Source: Clostridia bacterium
GTDB taxonomy: Bacteria > Bacillota > Clostridia > Christensenellales > CAG-917
DNA length: 64,000 bases
Direction of reading: 5' to 3'
Assembly (NCBI GenBank): GCA_028710495.1
Contig: JAQUST010000002.1
Span: 33,577 to 97,576 of the forward strand
This document shows, piece by piece, positions 30,123 through 41,040 of this stretch (its first letter is position 1; each line of letters begins with the position of its first letter). The notes under the pieces are model-generated. The model was not told where the DNA came from. It made no database searches and worked only from the letters and a program-made list of their open reading frames with translations. The position numbers and the translations under genes are program-made.

Positions 30123-30953
30123 CTAAACTGCCACTTCAATCTTTGATTTGAGCGGAGTAAATTCATAGTTTTCCAAAGTGAAATCATCAACTGTAAAATC
30201 GTAAAAATTCTTTATTTCAGGGTTTATCGTAAGTTTTGGTGCGATAAACTGTTGATTATGCAATATTTCTTCAACTATTGGCATATGCCTATCGTATATA
30301 TGAGCATCAGAAATCACATGCACCAACTCACCAACTTCAAGATTTGAAACCTGAGCAAACATATGTACTAAAATTGCATACTGCACAACATTCCAGTTGT
30401 TTGCCGTCAGCGTGTCTTGCGAGCGTTGATTCAAAATTGCGTTGAGTTTTCCACCTGCAACATTGAATGTCATTGAGTATGCGCACGGATACAAATTCAT
30501 TTCGTGCAGGTCTGAGAAGTTGTAGATGTTGGTCATGATTCGGCGAGAATTCGGATTGTTTTCCAAATCATAAAGCACACGGTCAACCTGGTCAAATTCG
30601 CCCTCTTTGTAGATATGTTTTTGAGAAAGCTGATAGCCATAAGCCTTACCTATGCTTCCATTCTCATCTGCCCAAGAATCCCATATATGAGAATTTAAGT
30701 CTTTGACATTGTTAGATTTTTTTTGCCATATCCAAAGAATTTCGTCCACTGCAGCTTTAAAATTGGTTTTGCGAAGAGTCAAAATCGGAAACTCTTTTGA
30801 AAGGTCATAACGATTTACAACACAAAACTTTTTTATTGTGTGAGCAGGAGTTCCGTCAAGCCACTTTGGTCTAACATTAAACTCAGAGTCCCATACACCA
30901 TTGTCCAAAATATCTCTGCAAGTGTCGATAAAAATTTTGTCTGCTATGCTCAT
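30123..30953 (-). CDS. thyA: Thymidylate synthase (ThyA)
   Basis: Collinear with Bacillus-type ThyA (GTPAHT, ILWIWQ, catalytic LYPCAYSMTF, RSQD, DAHIYD). The start is the ATG at 30953, after GAAAGGGA. Confidence 0.9.
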   Translation of the reverse strand: MSIADKIFIDTCRDILDNGVWDSEFNVRPKWLDGTPAHTIKKFCVVNRYDLSKEFPILTLRKTNFKAAVDEILWIWQKKSNNVKDLNSHIWDSWADENGSIGKAYGYQLSQKHIYKEGEFDQVDRVLYDLENNPNSRRIMTNIYNFSDLHEMNLYPCAYSMTFNVAGGKLNAILNQRSQDTLTANNWNVVQYAILVHMFAQVSNLEVGELVHVISDAHIYDRHMPIVEEILHNQQFIAPKLTINPEIKNFYDFTVDDFTLENYEFTPLKSKIEVAV

Positions 30954-31226
30954 AATTGTCCCTTTCTCTCGTGGATTTTCATTGAAATTAAACTGCAACA
31001 TACTGCTATATTTTCTTTGCTACTTCTTCAATCGTTTCGATAAAATTTATATTATTGTTTTTTTATTAATCGCTACTCTATAGTTTCTAAAAACACCAAC
31101 CATTTCAATTTTCAATATCGCAATTTAATATTATTTTTGCGACAATTTCGAAATCACTAATCAATTCTATTTCAAATTTGAATTTACTTAATGCTTAAAA
31201 CTATTATAACTGCACTGCTAAAAAAG

Positions 31227-34034
31227 TCAACTCAAAATCTTGCGCAAATACTCACCAGTAAAGCTTCCCTCAACATCTGCAATTTGCTCAGGTGTTCCAA
31301 CAGCAAGCACTTCGCCGCCGCCATCGCCGCCTTCGGGTCCTAAATCGATAATATTGTCTGCGAGTTTTATTACATCAAGATTGTGTTCAATAACAACAAC
31401 TGTGTTCCCGGTTTCGACAAGCCTTTGCAAAATAACAACAAGCTTCGCAACATCGTGCGTATGCAAACCTGTTGTCGGCTCATCCAAAATATACAAGGTT
31501 CTTCCTGTTGCGCGTTTGGATAGTTCCGTAGCAAGTTTGACGCGTTGAGCCTCGCCACCAGACAAAGTCGTTGAGGACTGACCAAGTTTAATATAACCAA
31601 GACCAACATCATTCATTGTTGAAATCTTATTGTATATCTTTGGAATGTTGCGGAAAAATTCGCAGGCTTCCTCGACTGTCATATCCAAAACATCGCTTAT
31701 GCTTTTGCCCTTATATTTGACTTCGAGAGTTTCACGATTGTATCGCTTGCCTTTACATACTTCACAAGGCACATAAATGTCCGGCAAAAAATGCATCTCG
31801 ATTTTCAATATTCCGTCACCTGAACAATTTTCACATCTTCCGCCCGCGACGTTGAATGAGAATCGTCCTGATTTATAGCCTCTGGATTTTGCCTCGGGAA
31901 GCGCGGCAAACAAATCACGAATTGCGGTGAAAACACCCGTGTATGTTGCAGGATTCGAGCGAGGAGTTCTACCAATCGGACTTTGGTCAATTGCTATGAC
32001 TTTGTCGAGATATTCTATACCTTCAATTTTTTCAAAATCCCCGATTTGAAGTCTAGCGCCGTTAAGATTGTTGGCGAGATAGGGATACAAAATTTCATTG
32101 ACAAGACTTGACTTTCCACTGCCCGAAACTCCCGTGACAATATTTAGTAAGCCAAGCGGAAAATCGACAGTTATATTTTTCAAATTATTTTGCTTAGCTC
32201 CAACAACAGTAAGTTTCTTTTCAGCTGCAGTGCGCCTTGTTTTTGGAATGCCAATGCTCCACTCGCCCGAAAGGTATTTACCCGTTATCGAATTCGGATT
32301 GTCAATAATATCTTGCACGCTACCAGCGGCAACAACCGTGCCCCCGTGAATACCTGCGCCTACACCGATATCAACAATATAATCCGCTTCACGAATTGTT
32401 TCTTCATCATGCTCGACCACAATAAGTGTATTACCCAAATCACGAAGTCCTTTCAAACTGGAGAGCAATCTTCGATTGTCGCGTTGATGAAGTCCGATGC
32501 TTGGTTCATCCAAAATATATAGCACTCCTGACAAACCGCTACCGATTTGAGTTGCCAGCCTAATCCGCTGGCTTTCTCCGCCTGATAAGCTACCTGCAGA
32601 ACGCGCTAAAGTGAGATAAGAGAGACCAACATCTATCAAAAATTTTAGTCTAGCGTGGATTTCTTTCAATATCCGTCGCGCAATAAATTCCTGAGTTTTA
32701 TTCAGATTTATATCATTCAAAAACTTATCAACTTTAAGAATAGGCATTGAACAGAGGTTGACTATATTTATTCCTCCAACCGTGACGGACAATGCTTCCG
32801 GCTTGAGTCTTTTACCCTCACAAACCGTGCACGGCACTGATTTCATATATTTGCTTATATCCGATTTTACCATTTCCGATTCTGTCTCATTGAAACGGCG
32901 TAAAAGATTGTTTGCCATGCCCTCATAACTTGCGTGGTAATGTCCTGAAAAAGAGCGGGTGTTGTATTCCATTGGAATTCTATCACCTTCATTCCCGTAA
33001 AATATTAATTTTTTTATGTCTTCAGGCAAATCCTTAAATGGTGTATCAAGCGAAAAATTGTATGCTTTAGAAATGGCTTCAAACTGCATCTGAGAAATCT
33101 TTGCAGCATCTATACTCCAACCGCTTGCTTTGACTGCTCCTTGTCTGAGCGATAAATTCTCATCAACAATCAAGCGATTTATATCAATCTCACTTGTAAA
33201 ACCAAGACCGGTACATTTTGGACATGCTCCATATGGATTATTGAATGAAAACAAACGCGGTGTAAGTTCTTCAAAACTTAAGTCGCAATCAGGACAGGAA
33301 TAACTTGTTGAAAACAAAGCTTCTTCACCATCAAAATCAATAATAACTAAGCCTTCTGAAAGCTTCAATGCGGCTTCAACACCATCAGTCAGTCGACGCA
33401 AAACTCCGTCTTTCAAAACGATGCGGTCAACAATTACGCTGATAGTATGCTTTATATTTTTATCAAGTTCGATTTCTTCATCAAGCGTAAACAAATTTCC
33501 GTCAACACGAACACGCACATAGCCGCTTCTTTTCAAGCTCTCAAAAAGTTTTTCATATTCACCTTTTCTTCCACGAATTATAGGTGCAAGAATTTGGATT
33601 TTGCCTTCGTGCTCCATAATTTTGTCGCATATCTGGTCAACCGTTTGCTGTTCTATTTCTCTTCCGCACTTTGGGCAATGTGGAACACCGACTCTTGCAA
33701 ACAAAAGCCTCATATAATCATAAATTTCAGTCACAGTGCCAACAGTAGAACGTGGATTGTGCGAAGTTGTTTTCTGGTCAATGGAAACAGCAGGTGACAA
33801 ACCTTCAATATATTCGACATCAGGCTTCTGCATTTGACCCAAAAACATTCGGGCATAGGATGACAAACTCTCCATATATCTTCTTTGCCCTTCGGCAAAT
33901 ATTGTGTCAAAAGCAAGCGAAGATTTTCCCGAACCAGATAACCCGGTGAAAACTACAAATTGCTCACGGGGAATTGCGAGATCTATATTTTTAAGATTAT
34001 TCTCTTTTGCACCTTTTATAAAAATTTCTTTCAT
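31227..34034 (-). CDS. uvrA: Excinuclease ABC subunit A
   Basis: A 935-aa protein with two ABC modules (GLSGSGKSS and GVSGSGKSS), zinc-finger Cys clusters and LSGGE signatures. Confidence 0.95.
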   Translation of the reverse strand: MKEIFIKGAKENNLKNIDLAIPREQFVVFTGLSGSGKSSLAFDTIFAEGQRRYMESLSSYARMFLGQMQKPDVEYIEGLSPAVSIDQKTTSHNPRSTVGTVTEIYDYMRLLFARVGVPHCPKCGREIEQQTVDQICDKIMEHEGKIQILAPIIRGRKGEYEKLFESLKRSGYVRVRVDGNLFTLDEEIELDKNIKHTISVIVDRIVLKDGVLRRLTDGVEAALKLSEGLVIIDFDGEEALFSTSYSCPDCDLSFEELTPRLFSFNNPYGACPKCTGLGFTSEIDINRLIVDENLSLRQGAVKASGWSIDAAKISQMQFEAISKAYNFSLDTPFKDLPEDIKKLIFYGNEGDRIPMEYNTRSFSGHYHASYEGMANNLLRRFNETESEMVKSDISKYMKSVPCTVCEGKRLKPEALSVTVGGINIVNLCSMPILKVDKFLNDINLNKTQEFIARRILKEIHARLKFLIDVGLSYLTLARSAGSLSGGESQRIRLATQIGSGLSGVLYILDEPSIGLHQRDNRRLLSSLKGLRDLGNTLIVVEHDEETIREADYIVDIGVGAGIHGGTVVAAGSVQDIIDNPNSITGKYLSGEWSIGIPKTRRTAAEKKLTVVGAKQNNLKNITVDFPLGLLNIVTGVSGSGKSSLVNEILYPYLANNLNGARLQIGDFEKIEGIEYLDKVIAIDQSPIGRTPRSNPATYTGVFTAIRDLFAALPEAKSRGYKSGRFSFNVAGGRCENCSGDGILKIEMHFLPDIYVPCEVCKGKRYNRETLEVKYKGKSISDVLDMTVEEACEFFRNIPKIYNKISTMNDVGLGYIKLGQSSTTLSGGEAQRVKLATELSKRATGRTLYILDEPTTGLHTHDVAKLVVILQRLVETGNTVVVIEHNLDVIKLADNIIDLGPEGGDGGGEVLAVGTPEQIADVEGSFTGEYLRKILS

Positions 34035-34250
34035 CTTTGGCTTGCGCCTCCCGTAATTCTATGTTCAATGTTTTAGTATAAGCAATTAAAATATATTGAA
34101 ACAATGCTCTTACAAAACATAGCAATCTTTGGTTTACTATTTTCAAATTTCCTAAAGCAATAAATTGATATATTTCTTTGACATAAAAATGTAACATTTA
34201 CACATCAAAAATAATTTATAAGTCATTTCCTGATGTATTTTAGCCGCTTA

Positions 34251-36212
34251 CTAGCTTAACCGTTTTTTCATTTCTTTTCGTAATTCGGCAAGTTGTTCAC
34301 GAAGCTTTATAGCTTTTTCAAATTCCAGAGCGTCAGCCGCTATTTGCATAAGTCCTTTTACTCTTTCAATTTCGAATGCAATGTCTCTGCGCTCAGTCTT
34401 TTTTGCTGTGACGGTTTTCTTTGTGATTTCAAGCGAGTTGACTATACCCTTTGTTATCGTGGTAGGAGTTATATTGTGTTCCACATTGTAAGCGGTTTGC
34501 TTTTCGCGTCTGCGGTTTGTTTCATCAATCGCGCGTTTCATACTCCCTGTCATATTGTCCGCATACATAATTACTTTGCCCTCAGAATTTCTTGCCGCGC
34601 GACCTATGGTTTGAACGAGTGAAGTTTCGCTTCTCAGAAATCCTTCTTTGTCCGCATCAAGAATTGCTACAAGTTTGACTTCAGGCAAATCCAAACCTTC
34701 TCGAAGCAAATTGATACCCACCAACACATCAAAATCGCCTTTTCGCAAACCTGACACAATCTCTATTCTTTCAAGAGTGTCTATATCACTGTGCATATAC
34801 CGCACTTTAATTCCCGTTTCTTTCAAAAACTGCGTAAGCGACTCCGCCATTTTCTTTGTCAAAGTCGTGATAAGTGTTCGCCCTTTTGCTTTTGTCGTTT
34901 TGTTAACTTCAGAAATTAGGTCATCAATTTGCCCTTTTATAGGCCGAATTTGCACTTCAGGGTCAATTAAACCCGTTGGTCTGATGAGTTGTTCTGCAAC
35001 TTTGTCTGCTTGTTCCATTTCATATGGTGCAGGAGTTGCGGAAATACAAACCATTTGATGAATTTTGGAATCAAATTCAGCAAAATTTAGAGGTCTATTG
35101 TCAAAAGCAGCAGGAAGTCGAAACCCGAAATCCACCAGATTTGTCTTTCGTGATTTGTCGCCGTTGTACATTCCACGGATTTGCGGAAGCGTCATATGAC
35201 TTTCATCTACGAACACAACAAAATCCTTTGAGAAGAAATCGAGCAGTGTGTACGGAGGTTGCCCAATTTCTCTTCCGTCAAAATATCTTGAGTAGTTTTC
35301 AATACCTGAGCAATAACCCATTTCACGAATCATCTCGATGTCATAGTTCACACGCTCATCGATTCGTTGCGCTTCAATCAATTTGTTTTGAGCCTTAAAC
35401 TTCTCCACCTGTTCTGCTTTATCATGCAAAATCTGCTCAAAAATTTCCTCTTTTTTTCCACCGACAATGTAATGTGTCGCAGGATAAATAACAGTGTGTT
35501 TAAGCTCCGAAAGTGACTTTGAAGTGACAGCATCAATTTCTAAAATTCTTTCTATTGAGTCACCAAAAAGTTCCACTCGAATTGCAATTTCAGAGTTTGA
35601 TGCCGGGAATATATCAATGATGTCACCGCGAACTCGAAATGTCGAGCGAGAAAAATCCATATCCGCACGCTTATATTGAATATCCACAAGTTTTCTGCAC
35701 AAGTCATCGCGGTCTACTGCTTGACCTTCACGGAGTGAAACCGCTTGCGCAAAATATTCCACAGGCGCACCCAAGCCGTAAATACAAGAAACAGAAGCGA
35801 CAACAATAACATCATTTGCCTCGCAAAGCGAACTCGTCGCAGAATGGCGAAGTTTATCTATTTCGTCATTAATTTGCAAGTCTTTTTCGATGTAAGTGTC
35901 GGAACGCGGGATATATGCTTCAGGCTGATAGTAGTCATAATAACTGACAAAAAATTCAACACGGTTTTTTGGGAAAAACTCACGAAATTCATTGCAAAGC
36001 TGTGCCGCAAGAGTTTTGTTGTGCGCAATAACAAGCGCAGGTCGTTGCACGCGGTTTATGACATTTGCCATAGTAAAAGTCTTGCCACTGCCTGTGACAC
36101 CCAGAAGAACTTGCGTGCGCAACCCGTCATTCAAGCCCTCAACGAGGTCTTCAATAGCTTGAGGTTGGTCTCCACACGGTTGAAAATTTGATTCGAGCTG
36201 AAATTTGTTCAT
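34251..36212 (-). CDS. uvrB: Excinuclease ABC subunit B
   Basis: GVTGSGKT helicase motif I, DESH box, [10 protein letters not shown] beta-hairpin region and a C-terminal UVR domain ([15 protein letters not shown]). Confidence 0.95.
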   Translation of the reverse strand: MNKFQLESNFQPCGDQPQAIEDLVEGLNDGLRTQVLLGVTGSGKTFTMANVINRVQRPALVIAHNKTLAAQLCNEFREFFPKNRVEFFVSYYDYYQPEAYIPRSDTYIEKDLQINDEIDKLRHSATSSLCEANDVIVVASVSCIYGLGAPVEYFAQAVSLREGQAVDRDDLCRKLVDIQYKRADMDFSRSTFRVRGDIIDIFPASNSEIAIRVELFGDSIERILEIDAVTSKSLSELKHTVIYPATHYIVGGKKEEIFEQILHDKAEQVEKFKAQNKLIEAQRIDERVNYDIEMIREMGYCSGIENYSRYFDGREIGQPPYTLLDFFSKDFVVFVDESHMTLPQIRGMYNGDKSRKTNLVDFGFRLPAAFDNRPLNFAEFDSKIHQMVCISATPAPYEMEQADKVAEQLIRPTGLIDPEVQIRPIKGQIDDLISEVNKTTKAKGRTLITTLTKKMAESLTQFLKETGIKVRYMHSDIDTLERIEIVSGLRKGDFDVLVGINLLREGLDLPEVKLVAILDADKEGFLRSETSLVQTIGRAARNSEGKVIMYADNMTGSMKRAIDETNRRREKQTAYNVEHNITPTTITKGIVNSLEITKKTVTAKKTERRDIAFEIERVKGLMQIAADALEFEKAIKLREQLAELRKEMKKRLS

Positions 36213-36221
36213 TGAATTATT

Positions 36222-36623
36222 CTACTTCCAAACGCCAAGAACATTCAAAAGCAGTCGAAGTCCCCAGGTTGCGGTTGCGGTCAGAATACCTGTCATAAGT
36301 GCAAGCAAAATTTTGAATTTAAAATTCGATCGGAAAGCTCTTTCTACGCGAGCGAATGCAAGACCTTTCCTGTGCAAATTGATGCAGTAGAAAAATTCGC
36401 CCCTTTTGTCAGAATAAGTTACATCAAAATAGTCATCAAGTTCAAGTGCCTTCAATGTGGCTTCCAGTTCATTTTGTTCAAAATCTAAATCAAGTGAAAT
36501 TGAAGCAAAAATGTCAACAGGTCGCAACAAGCAAACACCGTCACATTTGACAGCCTCATTGTAGACATAGTACATCACTGCTTTTTCTTTTTTCGTCAAA
36601 ACATTTTGCTTTTCTAGTGCCAT
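36222..36623 (-). CDS. Small membrane-anchored protein of unknown function (soluble N-domain plus C-terminal TM helix)
   Basis: A 133-aa protein that stops 9 nt before the uvrB start. The C-terminal hydrophobic segment is ILLALMTGILTATATWGLRLLL. No recognised motif. Confidence 0.5.
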   Translation of the reverse strand: MALEKQNVLTKKEKAVMYYVYNEAVKCDGVCLLRPVDIFASISLDLDFEQNELEATLKALELDDYFDVTYSDKRGEFFYCINLHRKGLAFARVERAFRSNFKFKILLALMTGILTATATWGLRLLLNVLGVWK

Positions 36624-36931
36624 ATTTGTTCCTGCATAGCCTTTCGATTTGACATAAGTAAATTCAATAAATCTGCATTCATCTTTGCCAAACTATCCGT
36701 TTTCTATTTTTCTTCTTGTATATTTGCGATTTGTGTTTTATTTTTTGTTTTATATTTTTATGTTTTCTTTTTGCTTAATTCATTATACTGCAATTTTTTC
36801 TTTCAATAGTTCTTTTTTACAACCTAATTTATCGCAACAAAAACTTCGTAGATTTTTTACTTACATATTTACTCAGATTTGGAAATTAAGCTATTTATTG
36901 TCAACTAAGCTATTTATTTTCTTATTCATTT

Positions 36932-37366
36932 TTACAGCACAAACATTTGCACCACAATATAAACAGCCATAATGATTCCGCCGCCAAACAAAGCGCCAAA
37001 AAATGCACCCCAAAATCCACCCTTTGCAACAACTTTTTTCCGTTTGCCAGTCTTTGGGTCAGTCATCATCGGGTTCATAGAGGCGATTGCCGCTTCAACC
37101 TTGATTTCTTCCTCGCGTTTTTCTTGCTCAATTTTTGCTCGAGGTGATGCAGACAAGCAATACTCATCCAATGTGAAATATTTGACTTTGACAAGTTCGC
37201 GATCCTTCAACTCTTTTATTGCAACTGAGAGTTGGAGCTTTGTCATTTCCATATCAGATGGTAGTTTTGTCAATATATCATCTGCATCCAAAATTTTGTA
37301 CGCGTCGGGCTCATTGCAAAAACTTTGTATTATTTCAAGCACTTGGGTCAATTTAGTATCGAGCAT
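36932..37366 (-). CDS. Small membrane-anchored protein, apparent paralog architecture of 36222..36623
   Basis: A 144-aa protein with a similar soluble N-domain of about 80 aa, a charged linker and a Gly-rich C-terminal TM segment (GGFWGAFFGALFGGGIIMAVYIVV). Confidence 0.5.
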   Translation of the reverse strand: MLDTKLTQVLEIIQSFCNEPDAYKILDADDILTKLPSDMEMTKLQLSVAIKELKDRELVKVKYFTLDEYCLSASPRAKIEQEKREEEIKVEAAIASMNPMMTDPKTGKRKKVVAKGGFWGAFFGALFGGGIIMAVYIVVQMFVL

Positions 37367-37551
37367 ATTACCTCTTTTTTTTTATATTTTACTTTATTTG
37401 AACTAAAACAAATGTTACTACACTGTTTTGTTTGACAATTATATCACAATATAAACTTGAAATCAATATTTTTGCTTCAATACACTACACAAATGCAAGT
37501 CATTGTGTTATTATAGCTAAAAGTCTTTTATATATTATAGCAGGTGTTTCT

Positions 37552-39201
37552 ATGAATTTACTTAAGAATTATTTGAACAAAATTGAATTTGACTCGTATG
37601 AGGATTTTTGTGGACTAAAGATAGATGTTCCCGCAGACTTCAATTTTGGGTTTGATGTTGTTGATGAATATGCAAAACTTGAACCAGATAAGCGCGCTAT
37701 TGTATGGTGCAATAGCAGCGGAGAAGAAAAAATCATCTCATTTGGAGAGCTTTCCGTATTGTCAAATAAAGTCGCAAATATTTTGGTAAACCGTGGAATA
37801 AAAAAAGGCGATTATATCATGACAATGCTAAATCGCAGATGGGAATACTGGGCAGTTGCCGTGGGTTGTCACAAACTCGGCGTAACTATCATTCCCGCAA
37901 CGCACCTCCTTACTGCAAAAGATATAGCATATCGATGCAACGCGGCAAATGTCAAGATTTTGTTTGCAACAAGTGAATTCGATGTCATTGAACACACAAA
38001 ACAAGCTTTGCCAAAATGCGAAACTTTGGTTGAATGTATGTTCACAGGCATTGAAGAAGGCTTCGCTTGTATTGATTCGGAAATTGAAAAAGCCTCAGCC
38101 GAATTTCCTAGCGAATGCGTGCGTCCAGCTCTTGATGACTCAATGCTCTGCTATTTCACATCTGGAACAACAGGATTTCCCAAAATGGTGGAACATAGTT
38201 TTTCATATCCACTTGGACATATTATCACCGCAAAATATTGGCAGTGCGTTGTTGATGACGGAATTCATTTTACTATGGCGGAAACAGGTTGGGCAAAAGC
38301 AAGCTGGGGCAAAATTTATGGTCAATGGCTTTCAGGCACTGCAATTTTTGCTTATGACTATAACGGTCGCTTCACTCCAACTGATGTTTTGCCACTTATT
38401 GAATACTACAAAATCACAACTTTCTGTGCTCCTCCGACAATTTATCGTTTTTTAATCAAGGAAGACTTGTCAAAATACAACTTCTCCTCGCTTTCTCACT
38501 GCACAACAGCTGGTGAAGCACTTAATCCGGAAATTTTCAAACAATTCTATGAATCAACCGGTCAAAAAATATACGAAGGTTTCGGACAAACGGAATCAAC
38601 TGTTTTGCTTGCCTCATTTAATACTATAACTCCAATTCCCGGTTCACTCGGAAAGCCTAGCCCAATTTACCAAATCGACTTAATAAACGACGATGAAGAA
38701 ATTGTACCTGACGGAAAAGAGGGCGAAATTGCGCTTCTAAATTCAGCAACATATTGCGGTTTGGTTTCCAACTACAAAAATGATTTAGCCCGCACTAATG
38801 ATGCAAGAGGCGGAAAATACTACCATACAGGCGATCTTGCAATAAAAGATGACGACGGAATGTTTTGGTTTGTCGGACGCAAGGACGATATTATAAAATC
38901 CAGCGGCTATCGCATAGGGCCGTTCGAAGTCGAAAGCGCGCTTATGGAACACCCCTCAGTTTTGGAATGCGCTATCACAGGTGCTCCTGACCCGTTGCGA
39001 GGACAGGTTGTCAAAGCAACAATCGTTTTAGCAAAAAATTACACTGCTTCAGAAGAACTAAAAAAAGAACTCCAAACTTATGTCAAGGTCGCAACTGCGC
39101 CATACAAATATCCTCGTATTATTGAGTTTGTTGAGGAACTACCAAAAACAGTCAGTGGCAAAATCCGCCGTGTGGAAATTCGTAAAAAGGATAATGAATA
39201 A
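37552..39201 (+). CDS. AMP-forming acyl-CoA synthetase (medium-chain/ACSM-like adenylate-forming enzyme)
   Basis: AMP-binding motifs YFTSGTTGFPK, YEGFGQTE, YHTGD, GRKDDIIKSSGYRIGPFEVE and PKTVSGKIRR. The start is the ATG at 37552 (MNLLKNYL). Confidence 0.8.
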   Translation: MNLLKNYLNKIEFDSYEDFCGLKIDVPADFNFGFDVVDEYAKLEPDKRAIVWCNSSGEEKIISFGELSVLSNKVANILVNRGIKKGDYIMTMLNRRWEYWAVAVGCHKLGVTIIPATHLLTAKDIAYRCNAANVKILFATSEFDVIEHTKQALPKCETLVECMFTGIEEGFACIDSEIEKASAEFPSECVRPALDDSMLCYFTSGTTGFPKMVEHSFSYPLGHIITAKYWQCVVDDGIHFTMAETGWAKASWGKIYGQWLSGTAIFAYDYNGRFTPTDVLPLIEYYKITTFCAPPTIYRFLIKEDLSKYNFSSLSHCTTAGEALNPEIFKQFYESTGQKIYEGFGQTESTVLLASFNTITPIPGSLGKPSPIYQIDLINDDEEIVPDGKEGEIALLNSATYCGLVSNYKNDLARTNDARGGKYYHTGDLAIKDDDGMFWFVGRKDDIIKSSGYRIGPFEVESALMEHPSVLECAITGAPDPLRGQVVKATIVLAKNYTASEELKKELQTYVKVATAPYKYPRIIEFVEELPKTVSGKIRRVEIRKKDNE

Positions 39202-39399
39202 AGATATTTAAAAAACCATCTACTAAAAATAAATTTTAATTGAGAAATCTATCATTTATTGAAAATATCTATTAAAATGATAAATCGATTATCTTTTGAA
39301 ATTATACATCTATTGTAAATAATAATCTATTGAAAATCATAATTTCGTTACAAACTTCCCGTTACAAATTAAATTAAGTATAAAACCTAAAAATAAATC

Positions 39400-39431
39400 A
39401 AAAGAAGCGAAATAAAATCGCTTCTTTTTTG
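39400..39431 (+). terminator. Rho-independent terminator, about 200 nt after the acyl-CoA synthetase stop
   Basis: AGAAGCGA aataaaa TCGCTTCT followed by TTTTT. Confidence 0.7.
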
Positions 39432-39556
39432 TGTATACTTTTTCAATTTTCAATTTTACTTTAAAAAATTACGTCAAGAACATAATATGCCTTTTATTGT
39501 CATAAACAGAATGAAATTTTACTTTTTATCACATCACAGACTCATCATTTGCCAAT

Positions 39557-39616
39557 TGAAGCATATTTGCATATCGCATTACAACTCGTGAAGCATATTT
39601 GCATCTCACATTACAA
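39557..39616. repeat. Two 32-bp direct repeats containing ATTTGCAT cores, followed by a second related repeat pair to about 39690
   Basis: tgaagcatatttgcatatcgcattacaa (39557) and tgaagcatatttgcatctcacattacaa (39589). Next come aataaacatatat at about 39625 and about 39657. Confidence 0.6.
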
Positions 39617-39755
39617 TATGAGGCAATAAACATATATATTTCATGCACACCAAACTTAATAAACATATATTTTTTGTAGCATATTTCATGAAATTTTGAA
39701 AATTTCAATTTTGCGAAAAGTTATTGCTAATTCGTGAATATGTGCTTATGTGCAT

Positions 39756-40196
39756 CTATGGCAAAACAACAATTTCGTCACCTGCTTTGACAATGCCTCC
39801 TTTGAGCACACAAGTAAAAATTCCTTCTTTTGGCATAATGCAAAATCCAACCAATCTTGCGACTTCACATCCGTCACTAGCGTGACATTTTTTTCCAATC
39901 TGCGTAACTTGATGCAAGGTTTCTCCAATCTGAAGTTTTGTTCCGACAGGTAATTCATAAAGTACTATGCCTTCGGTTGTAAAATTCTCTGCGAATTTTC
40001 CATTGCAAAGTCCCTTGACGCCCTGAGCTTCCATTTTTGCTACACTTTCTTTGCCAAGCAAGCTGATTTGGCGGATTCCAGGACCCGCATGAGCATCACC
40101 TATTATTCCGAAATCCTCTTTGAGCTCCACAAATTCCACGGGGTGTTTTATATCACCTTTTTTTACGCTTACATTGACTGCAACAATTTTTGCCAT
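39756..40196 (-). CDS. MOSC domain-containing protein
   Basis: A 146-aa protein with a beta-barrel MOSC pattern (GDAHAGPGIRQISLL, conserved Cys in IGKKCHASDGCEV). Last gene of the molybdopterin operon. Confidence 0.75.
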   Translation of the reverse strand: MAKIVAVNVSVKKGDIKHPVEFVELKEDFGIIGDAHAGPGIRQISLLGKESVAKMEAQGVKGLCNGKFAENFTTEGIVLYELPVGTKLQIGETLHQVTQIGKKCHASDGCEVARLVGFCIMPKEGIFTCVLKGGIVKAGDEIVVLP

Positions 40197-40247
40197 ATTT
40201 ATTTCCTTTTATATCCCATATTTAATTATCAATTTTATGTGGCTTTC

Positions 40248-40721
40248 TCAACAGAATCTTCGCTCAAACTTGCCAGATTTACCACCTGATTTTTCAAGCA
40301 ATAAAATGTCCGAAATTATCATTTCCTTGTCAACTGCCTTTGCCATATCATATATTGTCAATGCAGCAACCGTCGCCGCAGTCAAAGCTTCCATTTCGAC
40401 TCCAGTTTTAGCATAGGCACGCGAGGTTGCGAGTATTTCAATTCCACAATCAAAATAATTGAAAGCTATATCAATTCCAGACAAAAAAATGTTGTGGCAC
40501 ATCGGAATAAGCTCCGAAGTTTTTTTCGCTGCCATTATTCCTGCGATTTTTGCAGTGTGCAATACATCACCTTTTGCAACTCCGCCGTTTTTTATCAATT
40601 CCAATGTTTCGGGCTTCATCTTTATTGACGCGCGCGCTCGTGCCAAACGGTCAGTTTCAATTTTGTCTCCTACATCGACCATTTTTGCTCTTCCGTCATT
40701 GTCTATATGTGAAAAGTCCAT
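40248..40721 (-). CDS. moaC: Cyclic pyranopterin monophosphate synthase
   Basis: [44 protein letters not shown] and [18 protein letters not shown] are classic MoaC motifs. Confidence 0.9.
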   Translation of the reverse strand: MDFSHIDNDGRAKMVDVGDKIETDRLARARASIKMKPETLELIKNGGVAKGDVLHTAKIAGIMAAKKTSELIPMCHNIFLSGIDIAFNYFDCGIEILATSRAYAKTGVEMEALTAATVAALTIYDMAKAVDKEMIISDILLLEKSGGKSGKFERRFC

Positions 40722-40843
40722 ACTGCCTCCTATGCTTATCTTTCAATCTAAACTGCTTCCTATGCATATGTTTATATCTAAAACACTTTCTATGTGCATC
40801 TTTATGACAAGCTACCTTCTATAGGCATATTTCTATCAAAATT
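40722..40843 (-). repeat. Four degenerate ~30-bp tandem repeats, each carrying a Shine-Dalgarno-like core, abutting the moaC start codon
   Basis: The minus-strand cores are AUAGGAGG, AUAGGAAG, AUAGAAAG and AUAGAAGG, spaced 30, 30 and 29 nt apart. Only the proximal unit is followed by an AUG. Confidence 0.65.
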
Positions 40844-41040
40844 ATCAATTTTCGTAGAACTTATGAAATTTATTTTTTAACTCAGCTTTCAAGCAACTTC
40901 ATCACATAAAAATTAAATCATTATATATTTTGATAGTCAATTTTTGTCTCACTAATTCTTCTTATCATTGAAGCAAATTTGGAAATTATGAATGTTGATA
41001 TTTTATAGTTTCAATTGGAAAAGAAACAAAACAAACTCAA

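Noticed and set aside
36685-36972. A 95-aa plus-strand ORF lies in the spacer between the two small membrane-anchored genes.
   Set aside because: It is a T-rich, low-complexity translation (FLLVYLRFVFYFLFYIFMF...), has no RBS, and overlaps the 3' end of the minus-strand ORF.
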